This document shows positions 24,541 to 38,260 of a stretch of 64,000 nucleotides of DNA, piece after piece. This DNA is from Curvularia clavata (lineage: Eukaryota), in assembly GCA_023920165.1 (NCBI GenBank), contig CP089278.1:3224001-3288000 (forward strand), read 5' to 3'. Position 1 is the first letter of the stretch, and every line of letters starts with the position of its first letter. A program made the translations under genes and the position numbers. The notes beneath the pieces are model-generated. The model made no database searches and was not told where the DNA came from. It saw only the letters and a program-made list of their open reading frames with translations.

Positions 24541-25373
24541 TGAAATGTGATATGGTCATCCCGGCTCTGTACTTGGCATTTGGTGCTTATTGTGGGACTA
24601 AACGCAAGGCTGACACTGGGGGCCTTGAGTGGGGTGCCTCGTTATCACGTGGCAGCACCATAGGTACATTGATAGGCCTAAGCAAGGCTTGGCCGACGCT
24701 TAGTCCTAACTCGTTCTTACGGTGGTCTGCAAGGTGGTGCGAAGGCGACTACAAGAGAGAAACCGCGCTCTTCTGGATTTCTACAACGCTAGACCAAAGA
24801 TGGAACCGCCCCTCAGCTGCTTATAGGTCGAGCAAAAAGTGAACGTGAATCTAAAGCGAGGAGCCCACTCGTGCATAACAGCTAAAATCTCTTTGCCGCC
24901 TGTCAGATGTGGCTCATACTTGCTTGAGCCACGCTTCGTACAACAGTGATAACTAGTTTGCACTTGTGCCAGCCGAGCAGAATCCGCTGGTAAGGAGTTT
25001 TCTTGCTGTGAATGAAGAACTCCCAGTCGCTTGCATTATTCTCCACAATCTCATTGGCAAATTCTCGAATAGAGGTGACGCAGTTAATAGAAGTGATGAA
25101 GTTGTTGGAGACGAATTCATAGCTTCAATTCTCAACTTTGCGGTCCTCAATGATCTTCATATCCTCATGAGCTACGATATTGGGCGTGTTCTTCGTTCTA
25201 AATACCCTGCGGTTCACCGTGACTTTTCTTGAGGGGCGAACCAGATTTCAAGGTAGTAAATTCTAACGTACAAGCACAGTGATTGACACTTGTACTGGTT
25301 TAGCTGTACAAGCAATGAACGCATGTGACAGCTAGCTTGATCGTTGTGTCAAGGGTTCTTACAATCCCTTCCT

Positions 25374-28252
25374 TTACACTAGGAGAAACCTGCCACCTAT
25401 CCTAAGGTTGTACTTCCACATACCCTTCACACTCCCATGGGTTTTGAATACAAACTTCTCGCCTTGTTCTTCTTCCACACCTTTTTCGGCATTGTTGTCC
25501 GTGCTCTCCGCTGTCCTGTTATCAACGCGTTCAACTTTCCATGAAACGCTCATGTTGCGTAATTCCGGGCGAGGAATCGACTCCAATAACATGTGGAATG
25601 GCTGAAAGACCAAAGTCTTGCCAGAGACATCGCCATCCACGTCAAAGACGCTTCCACTTTCTTCCATGTCCCTGGGAGATTCAATATCCGCAAGTAAGTG
25701 AGCAAGTACTGCTATGTTATCACTTTGTAACTTGGCAAATGAGCTTGGATCCATGAGGTCCTCTTGTTTCATTTCGTCGCCCGTGTTGCTCACGTGTGAT
25801 ACGAGATTGCTCAACATTGAGTGCACGAGGAGCTGATCTTTATGGCTCTTGTAGGAAGGTATGGGTCGGACCTTGTCATCAGGCGTTGCGGGCACGTCAA
25901 TCTGCTCCACAGGAGATTTTGGAGATAGACCAGGCCGCTTGAACTCATCCGCGATATTACCCACCCAGAAGCCACCTTTTGTCATAACGCGGTCGATGAT
26001 CCAACACTGGTGATATCTTCCATCACCACTGTGGTCGAGTGCAAACATGCCCTCTCTATTCTCGACGCTCAAACCAGGAGGAAATTGCCTCACAGACTCA
26101 ACTCCTTGTTGTGATACACGTTTCCATTGCCACATGGGGTTCGACGTTGAGTTCAGAATTGCGTCAGCAGTTTGAAACTCGTTCCGCGATATGAGGTCTC
26201 CAATAATTTCGAACAGAAGATGAGTGGTGCCTAGCTTAAATATTGAAGCAGGCGTTCTGTCCAAACTTTTGTTCAAAGAAGTCCATGAATCGGCATATTT
26301 GCGCTTCAAGCGACGCATGTCGATGTATCGATCCACCTTCCAGATCGTTCCCAATAGCGAAAAGCCAGAGCTGGACAAAGACGGAGAGAAACCCGGTGTG
26401 AGGAATGCCATGTTCCCAGAGGGATTCCATGATGTGGAGTAGATGTACTTCAACTGGGGAAGAATGCTGGGAATCCAAGAAAAATCTGGCAAATTGTTTC
26501 CTTCGGCGACAAAAGAGGCATCTAATGTATACGAAGGTCAGTGAATCTCTCTAGTCTGCTGGTGAGCCCGATTATACACAGTACCAAGCCACTTACCGTG
26601 TTTATCTCTTGGTGGGAAACGGTACAACTCCGGGGTTATCAGGGAGAAGTCTCCATTGGCAAGACTCTGTGCTATCATACAGAGACCAAGACTGTATTGC
26701 GTCTCTGCCAATTTCATCGTATCCAGCCTCAGGGCGTACCCGCACATGTTGGCGACAATGGCAACTTTATCAGCTACAGAGTACAGATCACGCAACCGTA
26801 GATAGGTCAAGGCCACGGCTGCATTGCAAATTCGTTTGAGTCTTGACTCATTTAGCATAATATTCGCCGATGCTGTCTGTCGCGGTTTAGATGGATGGAA
26901 CAATTTGATCCTCTCTAGGGTCTTCTTGAGCTCAGAGGAACATGGGGTTGCAGTCGGTTTACTCATACGGCCTGTGTTCGGGGTATCTGCGACTGAAATT
27001 TGGTTTCTAATGCTAGCGCTGACAAGATTAGAGCACGATTTGATGCATTGAGTTATAATGTCCAGCTGGATCGCTATCTCTGAAAGCGATAGTTCGTGAC
27101 AGACAAGGGTCCAACCATCGATTTTGATATTTTCCAAGCGTGGAAACAGCATGGTCATGTTGCCGCTTGAGACGAAAGCTTCCTACAATCACGATTCGTT
27201 AGCAAAGAGCGCATTTGTGTCGCTTCTAAAGACTTACTTGTAGGACCCAAGCACGAGTGTTCCATTTGTCGTTGGCAATAAGAGAAACAGCCTCAGCAAG
27301 AGTAGCTAGATTGAGCTTCCTGCATCCACGAAACGCAGAACGCCCACGCCGCTTATCAAGCAAATGCGCAAAGTTGGCTTCGTATATGAGAAGTAGAGCG
27401 TCAAAATGCTTTTGTTTGAGATACGATTGTAGTAGCCCGATAGAAGTGTGAGCTTCAAGATACACCAGGTCCATTGCTTGAATTGCCAACTCTTTCTCAG
27501 TTGGTTTATCCTGCTCGATACATTCCTGGTCTACAGTTCAGTGGTTTCCTATCGTATCATGATTGTTAAGTACCTACCTGATCGATCCATATCATCCGAA
27601 ATCCATTCTGCCTTGCGAATTCCACAACACGATCGATAGTTGAACTGCTGGCACGCATATCGCGGACGCTGCCATCTTCTTCAACAACCTTGTATGGAAC
27701 TTTTGGATTTTCCTCTGTTCCTGCGGTTTGTGCTGCCCAACAGTATGAAACGGCAACAAAATGGCGACATCTCGTCCAAGCCTTTGGATCAATACGGCGA
27801 ATCTTGAAAGTGGTGATGGCCCCTTGGTTAGGAAATAGAGGTATGTGTTTGCAATAGTCGCAGGTGAGTTCGCAAACGTGTACGCAAGGATTGGCATACT
27901 CTCGGAGGGACACTTCTCGTTTATCGTCTCTGCTCCCCAACCTAGAATGCGACTCGCATCGGTGGCCGGAGGGAACGGGGATACGCAACTCACATCGCTG
28001 ACATTGTCCCGTGAAAGAACCAAGTATTCGTGGGACCTCTTCGACATCGTCTTCTGATTCATGGGATTCAATGAGTTCAGTCGGGTTGCCATGGACTTCA
28101 GAATCGTCGAAAGTGAGAAATCGAAGGTCGTGACTCCAGCGTTCTGCATGCACACGTGCAACCCGATGGGACATGATCTGATCAATTTCAGACGAGAGAT
28201 TGGTATGAGATATCTTGATTCCATCCTCCAGGTGCTTGGTGTCGTCTATCAT
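25374..28252 (-). CDS. HET-domain protein, multi-exon
   Basis: HFVAVSYCW; FRMIWIDQ|ECIEQD...LAIQAMDLVY; DKWNTRAWVLQ|EAF. Exons join at GT-AG sites. First in-frame ATG at 28252. Confidence 0.8.
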
Positions 28253-28893
28253 GGTTTGGAATTGGTCGTTGCCGGGAACGATAGGTCCAGCCAAAAGATG
28301 CAGAGATAGGGTCGTGAAACGATCTTAAAAGTCAAAACAAGATGGAGTTTAAGTGACATACATAGTCATGGCTTCTTTATTCCCGGGTTTTCGATGATGC
28401 AGAAGAATTCCAAGATTTAAACTTCGTCCATAAAGTTGGTGTGGTAGCCACGTAAGCAGTTAGAATTGAGGCGCAGGCTCTGATAAAGAGGGCGCGCCAT
28501 GTTCGACGATGCATGCGCATGTATGGATTGTCAGCACTACACCTTGCGAGGCAAAAACAAAGCGGGCCAGGGACATGCAGTCCACCAATCAGATTTTTGC
28601 TATGATACACAACATTAGGCTGCATGCAACCGGTGAAACAATTCGTAAGGCAGTCTCACGTTTTAGGCATACTTGGGGCCAAAATGGTACCCGAAGTACC
28701 CGTTGCCTATAAATGTGGGGTCCAAGACCTTGGTAACAGCGTGGCTTCTGCAACAGAACTAGCCATCAGGCCGGACACATACGTACTCTCAGGGAAGACC
28801 TAAGAACGCGTCGAGAAAATATATATATCCGGATTTCCCAGAGTCTATAAATTAGATTTGCCCAAAGTTTCTATTATTCTCACTCCAGTCCAG

Positions 28894-31280
28894 ATGGTTT
28901 CTTACTTTCCACTACCCCCTCCACCGCTCCCTCAACCAGCTATGCGCCCGACCAGGAGGAGACCCGTAAGAAATCCGACGCGATCAAGTGCAGTTTCAAA
29001 TGTTGTAGATGAACAAGATGAATCGGACGACCCAGAAGATGAAGAAGGGGCGTCTGTCGAACCCGGGATGCTCTTAGAGACGAAAGATCTGTACCGATCT
29101 GACCCTCGCCAGGATTGGAATGTGTGGGCACCTGAAGACATTGGGATCGACACAGAAAAGGCTGGTGCTTCAGGAAAGTTTGCACTGGTTGTGAAGCGTG
29201 AAAAGACCCAAGAAGACGATGGATCATCTGGACTAAAGCTTCATTCCATCCAGGTGCAGAGTCCACTCATCAAGACCCTACTAGGCCCTGTTTTCGCAAA
29301 TTACCCAGGAATCAAGACCAGTCTGAAGAAACTCCAGTTCCATTCTCCTTTCCGCGAGTTTTTCTACAGATGGCAGGAATTCTTGCAAGCCTTGAAAGAT
29401 TCCCAGCACGATGAAACCCAAGCGGCACACTTCAAGCTTCTCTTCGACATCGTTTCAACCGAGATGAAGCCTCAAATTGAAGAAGTCAAAGATCTTCTCC
29501 TCAACGATGTCATCACCTACCGCTCCCTTTGGGCTCTTTTTGAACCTGGAATGGAGATATACTCCCTTGTCGACGGTCAACATCGGCTCTATCGTTTGAC
29601 GAGTTCTGAATATGTGAAGACGATCACTGGCCAGGAATCTTTCCAATTGTCTTGTAAATTCGTTGACACGGATGGCGTCAACTTCGGATTCAATTCGACG
29701 ATCCTCACTATTAGCAAGTTCGCGGACGTGGTGCCTATTGTGGACCTGGCCGCCCTTCCTGCTCATATCAAACCAGAGATCGAATCCATTCGCTCCCAAC
29801 TTGTGCAAAGAGGAAAGAAGTTCGAAAGCTTGAATGGTTGTCACTACAAGGCATATGCTGGAGACTACATCCTAGCCAATCCTACTTGGGGCCGATCACC
29901 AAAAGCAACGGTAGGGCTCCGCTTGTATCTGTCCGTTTTTATATGCTAACCTGGAGTTCAGCTTCAGAAAGGCCGCATCATGATCGACGATTCCATGTAC
30001 ATTCGATTCAACCGAGGTGCTGAAAAGCACCTTGAACCCCTGGACGATCCGATATCTGCAAGACCAGCATTTTCTATCGGATCCATCTTTGGTATTGATG
30101 ATGCAGACGATCCCGATATTTTGAGTGCTCCACCAGTATATCAAGCGATGAAACATGCATTGCAGCAAGCGAGGCGCCGCGAAGCTAAAGCGCGATCTCA
30201 AGGCAAACGTAAGTAAACTGGGCAAAGCATTATTGTGTCGAACTAATTTATCACCAAAAGGGAACTCAAAAACAAGTCTCGACGAGGAGCATTATGTTTT
30301 TTGCACATCAATGGTTCGCGGCTTCTGCTTGACATCAAAGCAATGGGGTAAGTGGAGTAGCCGAAAGCCTACCTTGTATATGAGCTAACACAAGCGTTTG
30401 ATTAGTGTCAATGTACGTCGAAAATGTTGCTGAAATCGCATGGAATGAGGAGGCTTTCGAACGCCTAGTTCTCCCTCACGACTATAAGCGACTGATACGA
30501 GGCTTCGTACATACGCAACTAAACTCCGTGGATGGGTTCGACGATGTCATGAGTGGAAAAGGTCAGTACCGGCATTCAAGGCTGCTCTAAGAGTTCTCCG
30601 AATACTAAAACATGCTCAGGCCAAGGGATCATCATGCTCCTCAGTGGTGAGCCTGGAACAGGCAAGACTCTCACAGCTGAATCAGGTAGATCCCATCTAT
30701 TCACCCTGACCTGAGAAGCATAATAACGTATATCGTAGTGGCGGAAGAAATGCGCAGCCCCTTGTACTCAATCGGTGCAGGCGAGTTAGGCGAGTCAGCA
30801 GATGAAGTAGAGGGCAACCTGCGTCGCGTCTTGGAGATATCTACAAAGTGGGGAGCCGTTCTTCTCCTAGATGAATGCGACGTTTTCCTTGAACAGCGCT
30901 CCAGCACGTCACTCCAACGCAACAAATTGGTTTCCGTCTTCCTACGCTTGCTCGAGTACTATCAAGGCGTCATGTTCCTGACAACCAACCGCATAGACGC
31001 ATTTGATCCGGCCTTTGAATCACGCATTCATCTCACTATCCAATTTTCGAAGCTCGATTTTGATGCACGGCTACATGTTTGGAGGACGTTTGTACGTCCG
31101 AAGAATGCAGAGCCAAAGTATGCGAGCGATATTGACGATGAGGAGCTTAAGCAGCTTGCAGTGGCCGATTTGAACGGGCGGCAAATCAAGAATGTCGTCA
31201 AAACAGCAAGATTATTGGCCGCAAGCGAGAAAAGGTTACTGGAGAAAGACCACATTGATGCTGTCTTGAGAGTCAAATAG
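28894..31280 (+). CDS. Fungal AAA+ ATPase (DUF7025-type N-terminus plus AAA domain), multi-exon
   Basis: IQVQSPLIKTLL and ITYRSLWALFEPG; Walker A LLSGEPGTGKTLTAES; Walker B VLLLDECDVFL; FLRLLEYYQGVMFLTTNR; LNGRQIKNVVKTA. Confidence 0.9.
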
Positions 31281-33578
31281 GTCTCATCATGTGTATATTT
31301 TCCCTCTCTTACCTAAAGTAGCCAGTCATTCTCTCCGGTCATCTCGGTCGTGCTCTCAGCTCCGTACGGACGATGAGTCGCTGACAGATGAAGAGAACAT
31401 GTATAAAGTGACTCGCCTGCCGCTACAAGCGGCTTCTATTAGCACGAGACCAATTCTCAGGGGCCTAAATGCTCCTTCTCTTTCTCTGTTCGCTGCTCTC
31501 GGTGCCCCTTCTAGTCCCGCTCTTGGTGTTCTCAGCAACATGGCTCGAAAATCTAAAGAAATCAATCTTTTGACCTAACTAATCGTTGCAACGACTGACT
31601 ATAGTCGATTCATCACCTCGTACCTTTGCCGTATTCACAGGAGGAGTCTGGCAACTCGTAGGCGTTTGAGAAGGTCATTAAACAATATGGTCTGTCCTCA
31701 GTTAATAATTAGTTATTCTTGTAATAACATTCGACTAATTCGCGAATCGACGACCACTGGTCTCGTCTTCTACTTCGTTGACCACGGCGCTCCCGCCAAC
31801 ACCAAGGTGATCAATATGGCGAAAAGGTAATATATCCCGGCTCGTGAGGTCCTCATGCTGACCTTTGTGAATCGGGATCCCACATCGTAATATGTTGTAG
31901 GTATTTGTGAAGAAAGTATAGCAGAGAGGGTAGAAGGTAATCGAAACGAGGGGCTTTCTGCAGGATGTACCGAATGAACTCGCTTGCCTGTAAGAAACCC
32001 TGGTCTTCCAGGCTGTGCCGCAGCCTTACAGCCTTGACATGCACTGCCACTTCTCTGAACGCTTACATAAGCGTTTCATGGGCCATCGTAATCACACGGC
32101 TGAAGCAACATGATATAGCGTTATAGCAGGCCTCACCCAATAGGCAGGTGCATTTGCCCTTGAACAGAGAGCTCTTGTAAGTCTGGGTAGCGGATAGCTC
32201 ACAAAGTTGACAAAAACAGAAAAGGTGACCTTTTTGCAACCTGTTATGATGTGAGTACGGCGATTAATGCTCCAAGGCTATTGACTGAAGGTCTGTAGCC
32301 CCTGCATGACTCATGCTACGACGGCTTCCGGAACGCGTTCGGTGCTCGTTCATCCTGTTGACAAGCATTTTGGGTATATTTGTGATGACCGAACAAGTGA
32401 AAACAAGATCTCCTAATACGTGACGGGGAACCAGCACTTTGCTAACGTAGGCAGTTTGCGTTTATTAGCTACGTTGTTGCCAGACGTCTAGGATGCACCA
32501 GGAAACAGCAGGAATTGCGCGCTGACGGAAGCTATACATGCAAGGCGTGCTTGTTGGCGGGTATGGCTGCACATTGGCCTCACTGTTCAAGGCCTCTAGG
32601 AACGACGCAGCCACAAACTTGGTGACTCCAGGTTCCAGTCTTCGTGTTTCCCCGTTTCCCCGTTTCCAGATACCTACGTACCGTAGACATGTAATTTAAG
32701 GATATTCGTGGCAATCGGGCAGGAGACAACAAGTTCTCTTGTCCGATCAACCAGATATTGAGATATTGTTAATGGGTTATTCGCTGCAGTGCGCGGTAAT
32801 TGGACGCTTGCAACTGTTGTAGCTGTGCCACACCTCCACCTGAGTCTCGTTTACAGCTTTGAACAGACTTTGAAGCAACAAAGCATCCTCAGTCTTGCGC
32901 ACACTCATGTACTCGCTTAGGCGCCGACTGTATCTATAGTGCTGTAAGTTGTGCAGACTATGTCACAGTACTGCTATTGCCTGCTCTAAAGGCGAACAGA
33001 ATTCCCTCAAACGTGCACCTCAGCCCCTTATAAGCTTGCGAAGGATTGGACACAGGCAGACCACAGTCTATTTTATGTCATGCACTGACGTGTACATGGC
33101 ACCTGGAAGGCAGCGACGAACAGCCTGCTTCAATTAATATGCAGCTGAACATATTGCAGGACCTTTCCCAACAAGTGGATACCCTTACCGAGGCTTGTAG
33201 GTCTCAACAGATAACTCACCATCTAGAAGATATTTTTTGAGATCAGGTCATAGTGTTCTGGAATATGGTGCAGTATGTTGAGATAATGCAGGCGTTAGAC
33301 ACCGCTAAAGATCAGCGAGCTTGTATTGACAGCGCGCTGTATTCTCGACCCTTTTAATGCAGCCTCTTGTGACGAGCCGCACCGTTCAAGGCAACATAAG
33401 CTATTATGTAAACTTCTATACAAGCTCTCCTGACTGTAGTGTGCAAGACTGCTAGAGGGCATCGCACAGGGATGGCGTTTGGGTAGATCTATAGTGTTCG
33501 GATGCTAGAGACGATCACCCAAAACACCATTGTACAATGTCATCGTGCCTACGCCAATTCGCGCTATGCTGTGAGCAA

Positions 33579-34100
33579 TCACTTAACAAAAATAATTTTC
33601 CCAAATGTACTACTTCTCGAGCATATTTCATGTCTAGCTCCGGTGAAAGTCGTGTCGTGGCAGGCTCCGCTCAATGTCTCGAGTGTGTACAGATTCCAAT
33701 GACATACGTCGAACAAAATCTCGAGGTCGGCGATGTAGTCAGCCTCGGAAACTATCAGCTCTTCGACAGTATTTCGCAGTTGGAGTGACCGGAGCCATGC
33801 GCTATCGTCGACAATGGGGCCAAGCGTGCCACGATGGCTGTCCATGGACCTTCTGGCGTCGGAGCAGTGGCTGCTTATACCTACCTGGCATCTGAGAGTA
33901 GAGCGATGCTTGTGCTGCCGACCGTCATAGAGGCAATCTTCACATCCCAACGGAAGAGGCTATCGACTCGAAAATCCTGCGTACGAGCTCGTGCAAGTGA
34001 TTTGACGGTATCGTCCCAGTTGTGTTGCCATCTTCGACACCGAACGATAAACGAGGAGTTCGGTATGCCACCCATTCCGACGCCCAAGGTGACGACGCCG
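33579..34100 (-). pseudogene. Decayed RhoGEF (Dbl-homology domain) gene remnant; may extend leftward to about 32.8 kb
   Basis: VKIASMTVGSTSIALLS, then after a frameshift LGPIVDDSAWLRSLQLRNTVEELIVSEADYIADLEILF. This resembles the start of the DH domain (EEL..SE..YI.DL). Confidence 0.55.
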
Positions 34101-35412
34101 TAGAATACTCATCCACCGACGGAAGGGTTGTGAGACAGTGATATCGAGGTGGTTCGGTGGTGCTGGCTTCGTTGTCGGCTCGTCGCCACTGTTGCCGAAT
34201 CATCGCGTCTCTGGCAAGGATACATACATGGCTTCATAGAGATCAAACAAGTCGGACTCTTGCAGATGGTCATCGTCAACCTCGATTGCTCCGTCTGAGC
34301 TGTTGCTGCTGGCAGAAAGCTTAGGTATGTGATATATGTCTTTACTTTTTTTATGTATAGATTGGCAAGTGTTATGGTTTGTGAAAAGGTCGGCACCGGA
34401 GGTCGGAGGGACAGCATATATGCCATACTAGTGTTGGCGGTGCTTCAGGCACTGACTTATGGCAAGCTTGGGAGCTAGAGTGGCATAAGGGATAAACTTC
34501 GCTGCACCAACAAGTAGAGTGCATCTAGATGGTCGAATGTCTGGCATGAGGCACGGCAGCGCTCGAAGAGTTGCGGTAGGAGCTGCTGAGCGTGTGCCAC
34601 AAGCAAACCGCGTGGTTACCGTGCGAGTAGGGTAGCAGAATTCCTATGTTACGATAGCAAAGTAAGGGTGTACGAAGAAGCTGGTTTCTTTGAGTTGGAT
34701 GTTGCAGGTGCGCACGGGCCTTTTGTTCTAACTCGCCCTTCGTACAATTGTGCAAGCTAAGCCATTTTGGGTCGGCCGAGGGGACGTGCACAAAGTCTTA
34801 TCTCAGACAAGCTCAGAGGCCAGACACGGGGTGTAATCTCCATGCCTTCGTATATGGAGGATCCACCAAGCATTGACTCGCACGCTAGCGTTTTTCTTGG
34901 TTACTGCTTGATCCTATGTGCTAAAAATTAGCTTCGATGCAAACCTCAACAGCAACGTCTCAGATGATCTCTATCTCTCAAAGCGTCATTCCCGACTGGG
35001 TAAACCGGTCACTATTATTCGTGTCCCGCTGACCCATTTCGCAAAGACGGTAGATTTTGACGGTACATCCGGCCCCTGGGTACCTGACTGAGAGCCTCAA
35101 TCTCAATAATACGACATTTGTCCGCGCACGCCACGCGCCCACTAGCTCACGACCCAAGATGGATAGCTCACCCAAAAAGGGGTCCAACTCGTATCTAGTC
35201 AGGTACACTTCCCTTTTCCGGGCCGTTTCTGCGGAGTCGAGCGGACTCGCCACCCATTCCGGCTGAACTGCAAAATCAACGCTCCTATTTAACACTGTTT
35301 CCCCGAAGCCAAGAGGGCTTTCTCTCTTCTCACAGGTCTTCCAACCTCTCAACCTAACCAGTACACTCGCTTTTCCACGACCAACTATTACTACACTCTT
35401 TAATTATTAATA

Positions 35413-36526
35413 ATGTCCTCCATCATCCGCAGCGTTCTCGCGCTCAGCGCTGTCGCCGCCGTCGCCGTCGCTCAAGACCCCGCCCCCAAGCTCGACGCTC
35501 CCTGCGCCGATGCCGTTATCTTCATGGCCCGCGGTAACAATGCGCCGTACCACGACTGGCGTACATTCCCCTTCGCCGACGCTACATGCAGCAAGCTGAG
35601 GGCTGAGGGCAAGACCTGCGACTACATTGAGGTTGTGTTCCCCAAGGGTGGCGACTACTGCAAACAGATTGGCGAGGGAGTCGCCAACGGTCTATCCCAA
35701 ATCACCGCTTTCAACAAGAAGTGCCCTTGCACGCACATCATCCTCAACGGCTTCTCTCAGGGCGCCTGGATTATGGGAGATGTTCTTGCTGGACCTGGTG
35801 GATGCTCCCAAATCACCACTGGTCTTGACCCTACCTCGGCTCCTGGTAATGCTAGTAAGTATTCTTAACATGACACACTCGAACCTCGGCCTGTGCTAAT
35901 GTGGTAACTTAGTTGCTGCTGCTCTCCTTTGGGGCGATGTCATGCACGTGGCTAACCAGCCATACAACGTTCTTGACGGCTCTGATCTACAGAAGGACGG
36001 TCGCCACTCCGACTCTCTTGCGCGCCTGAACCGCTACGCACCCATCCTGCGCTCTTACTGCGCCAAGGGCGACCCGATCTGCGCCAACGGCGACGACGTC
36101 GAGAAGCACTTGAGCTACTTTGAGCTGTACACCGACGACGCCTCGACCTGGGCCGTTGGAAAGGTCAATGAGGCCGCCCCTCTATGTGCCGTTCCCACAC
36201 CTACGCCCAGCGCTTCTTCTTCTGCCGTCGCCTCGTCTGCTGGCGTTGCCTCAGTTGCATCTTCAAGCGCTGCCGCTTCCTCCAGTGTTGCTGCCTCCTC
36301 CAGTGTCGCCCCCTCGTCTGTTGGCGTTGCCGCAGTTGCATCTTCAAGCGCCGCTGCTTCCTCTGGCGCTGCTGCTGCTGCTTCTTCTGGCACTGCCGCT
36401 TCCTCCAGTGTCTCCGCTCTTCCCGCTTACCCTACATCTCCGGTTTACGTTGCTCCCTTCACTGCTCCCCAGCCATACAACGATATGTGCGTTCCCCGCA
36501 TCAAGATCAAATACGTCTACGCTTAA
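35413..36526 (+). CDS. Secreted CE5 acetylxylan esterase/cutinase-like protein with a Ser/Ala-rich tail
   Basis: Signal peptide MSSIIRSVLALSAVAAVAVA; IFMARG; nucleophile GFSQGA; intron 35855-35912; SYCAKGDPIC...H. High C/G third-position codon usage. Confidence 0.9.
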
Positions 36527-37699
36527 GAGTAAGAAGCACGGAAGATGTAGCGGAGTAGACATAGTGACAGTAATATATGGGTGTAGATCGATAGAGGTAT
36601 TATTAAAAAGAATGACCGTCGTGGTCGACGTCTGCAAGAACTTTTGATTTTCGTGCGTGATGCGTGCTCTCCGTCTGCCCTGCAAGTGCGCCGTGAATCC
36701 CTGCAGAGTCCTATGATCCAATCCATCGGCGTTCAGCCCGGAATGCAAACGTCCCCCGTAAGCCCCCTTATATTATCCCCCGTATCCAGTTTCCTGATTG
36801 AGTCTGGACAACACGATCCGCCAGAGACCCCTGCATCCCGCTAAGCTCCGGCATATCCTGGCGCTGAAATTCCTGCATAGCACCGCTATTTATGTCAGGT
36901 ATGACGTCTGGGGGCCTGGTGTTGGTCCCATTCAGAACGGTATGGCTACTCACGCAACCAAAGGCACGTAACACCGACAAGCATTCATTACTACAAATGG
37001 CACAGTATGTATAATGCACATGGCTGATATGTTAATGTGCGCGAACTGAGTGTATAGGAGTATTGAGGAGTTAGAGAGGCAAGCTCGGTACGGCGGCTAG
37101 GTGTGCATAGCATAGACCGATCGGTAGTTCACATGCTTGAGAGCTGGAATTAATGAGGCTAACAACGCGTTCCGGCTGACAGCTGTCTGTATCGGGTGAT
37201 CACGGCGCCTATTGTGTTGGTGGTACCATGCCTCTTGCTCCGCGGAGGGAACGATTGGTGAGCAGGCTGTAGTGTTAGAATTAGTGGAGCGGTTTGCTGT
37301 CAAGGCTAGTAGCTCCATGTCTGCCCCTGATTATGCCTTATGCAGATCAACTCCTTGCGCTCCACTATTTCGGGCTGATCTGCTGCTCCCTTCTGCAGAG
37401 CCTTGCTGCGGGTTGCGCGATACCGGAAACAGATATTTTAGCGGTCTGTGTGGTACTCAGAACACGTGACAGTAAAAATATCTGTCCGATCCGCCGTTCG
37501 TCGTATGTCCGTTTTAGGTGCTAGGACCGCCAAGTCACACTACAGTTCCTATTTTGGTTGCTAATAACAGGAATACGTGCGAGAATACTGCCTAAAAGAA
37601 CAAAGACTGATTCAAACGTCTAGTCGCTATATGGTCGTATAGCAGAGGCCTTTTCGCTTTGTTCCTTCCGCTCGACTCGTCTCTTCTTTCCTTCTGTAT

Positions 37700-38260
37700 G
37701 TATTGCACAACCGCACCTCGACCTGCATGTGCATGATGATGCAAATGTGCTTCTCATTATTGCACAGGCCGAGCCCATCGACGACTGCAATCTATGTTCT
37801 TGGCTCTAGCTCTGGCTCTGATCCCAGCTCGTGCAGTTTCGACAGCGGACCGCAAACGAGGCGCTGCCACGAATTATGCAACGCTTGGCTGGCCATTTCG
37901 CTGCGCTCTGCAACAGTGTCGCTAATGTGCTGCCGCGACGCTGGCACGCTCAGCACGAGCTGCATCTCAATGTTCGCCACAAACTTGTCCGCCTACCCCA
38001 TGTCGTTGTCGCCGCGCGAGAAGAAGAAGCTCGCTATGAGGCGCTGCTGGTCTTGGTATCGAAGTTATGTGCAACCGTCCGCGCGATACCCACCAGTCCG
38101 CTTAGTCAGAAGACGCACTGCTTATCTTAATCGTCTGCCTAGCTGTATATCTTATTGAGAAGAACGGTGCGTATATTAAGGAGGTATGTAGGCCCGTGCT
38201 GCTTCGCGAACGCGTTAGAGGGCGCATCTTCGGTGCGTGAGAGCCGACCGAGGGTATTGT
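37700..38260 (-). pseudogene. HET-E-like NACHT domain relic
   Basis: Across frames reads TEDAPSNAFAKQHGPTYL...VF*LSGLVG-IARTVA...IASFFFSRG..ADKFVANIEMQL...WQRLVCGPLSKL...VVDGL. Walker A is deleted and there are stops and frameshifts. Confidence 0.7.

Noticed and set aside
24540..25230. Missing N-terminus of the NACHT gene
   Set aside because: No frame resembles the expected SesA-type start; this is unrelated sequence of unknown origin.
36115..36748. Cys/Arg-rich, Leu/Pro-rich and Glu/Ala-rich overlapping ORFs
   Set aside because: Alternative-frame shadows of the esterase's Ser/Ala-rich tail.
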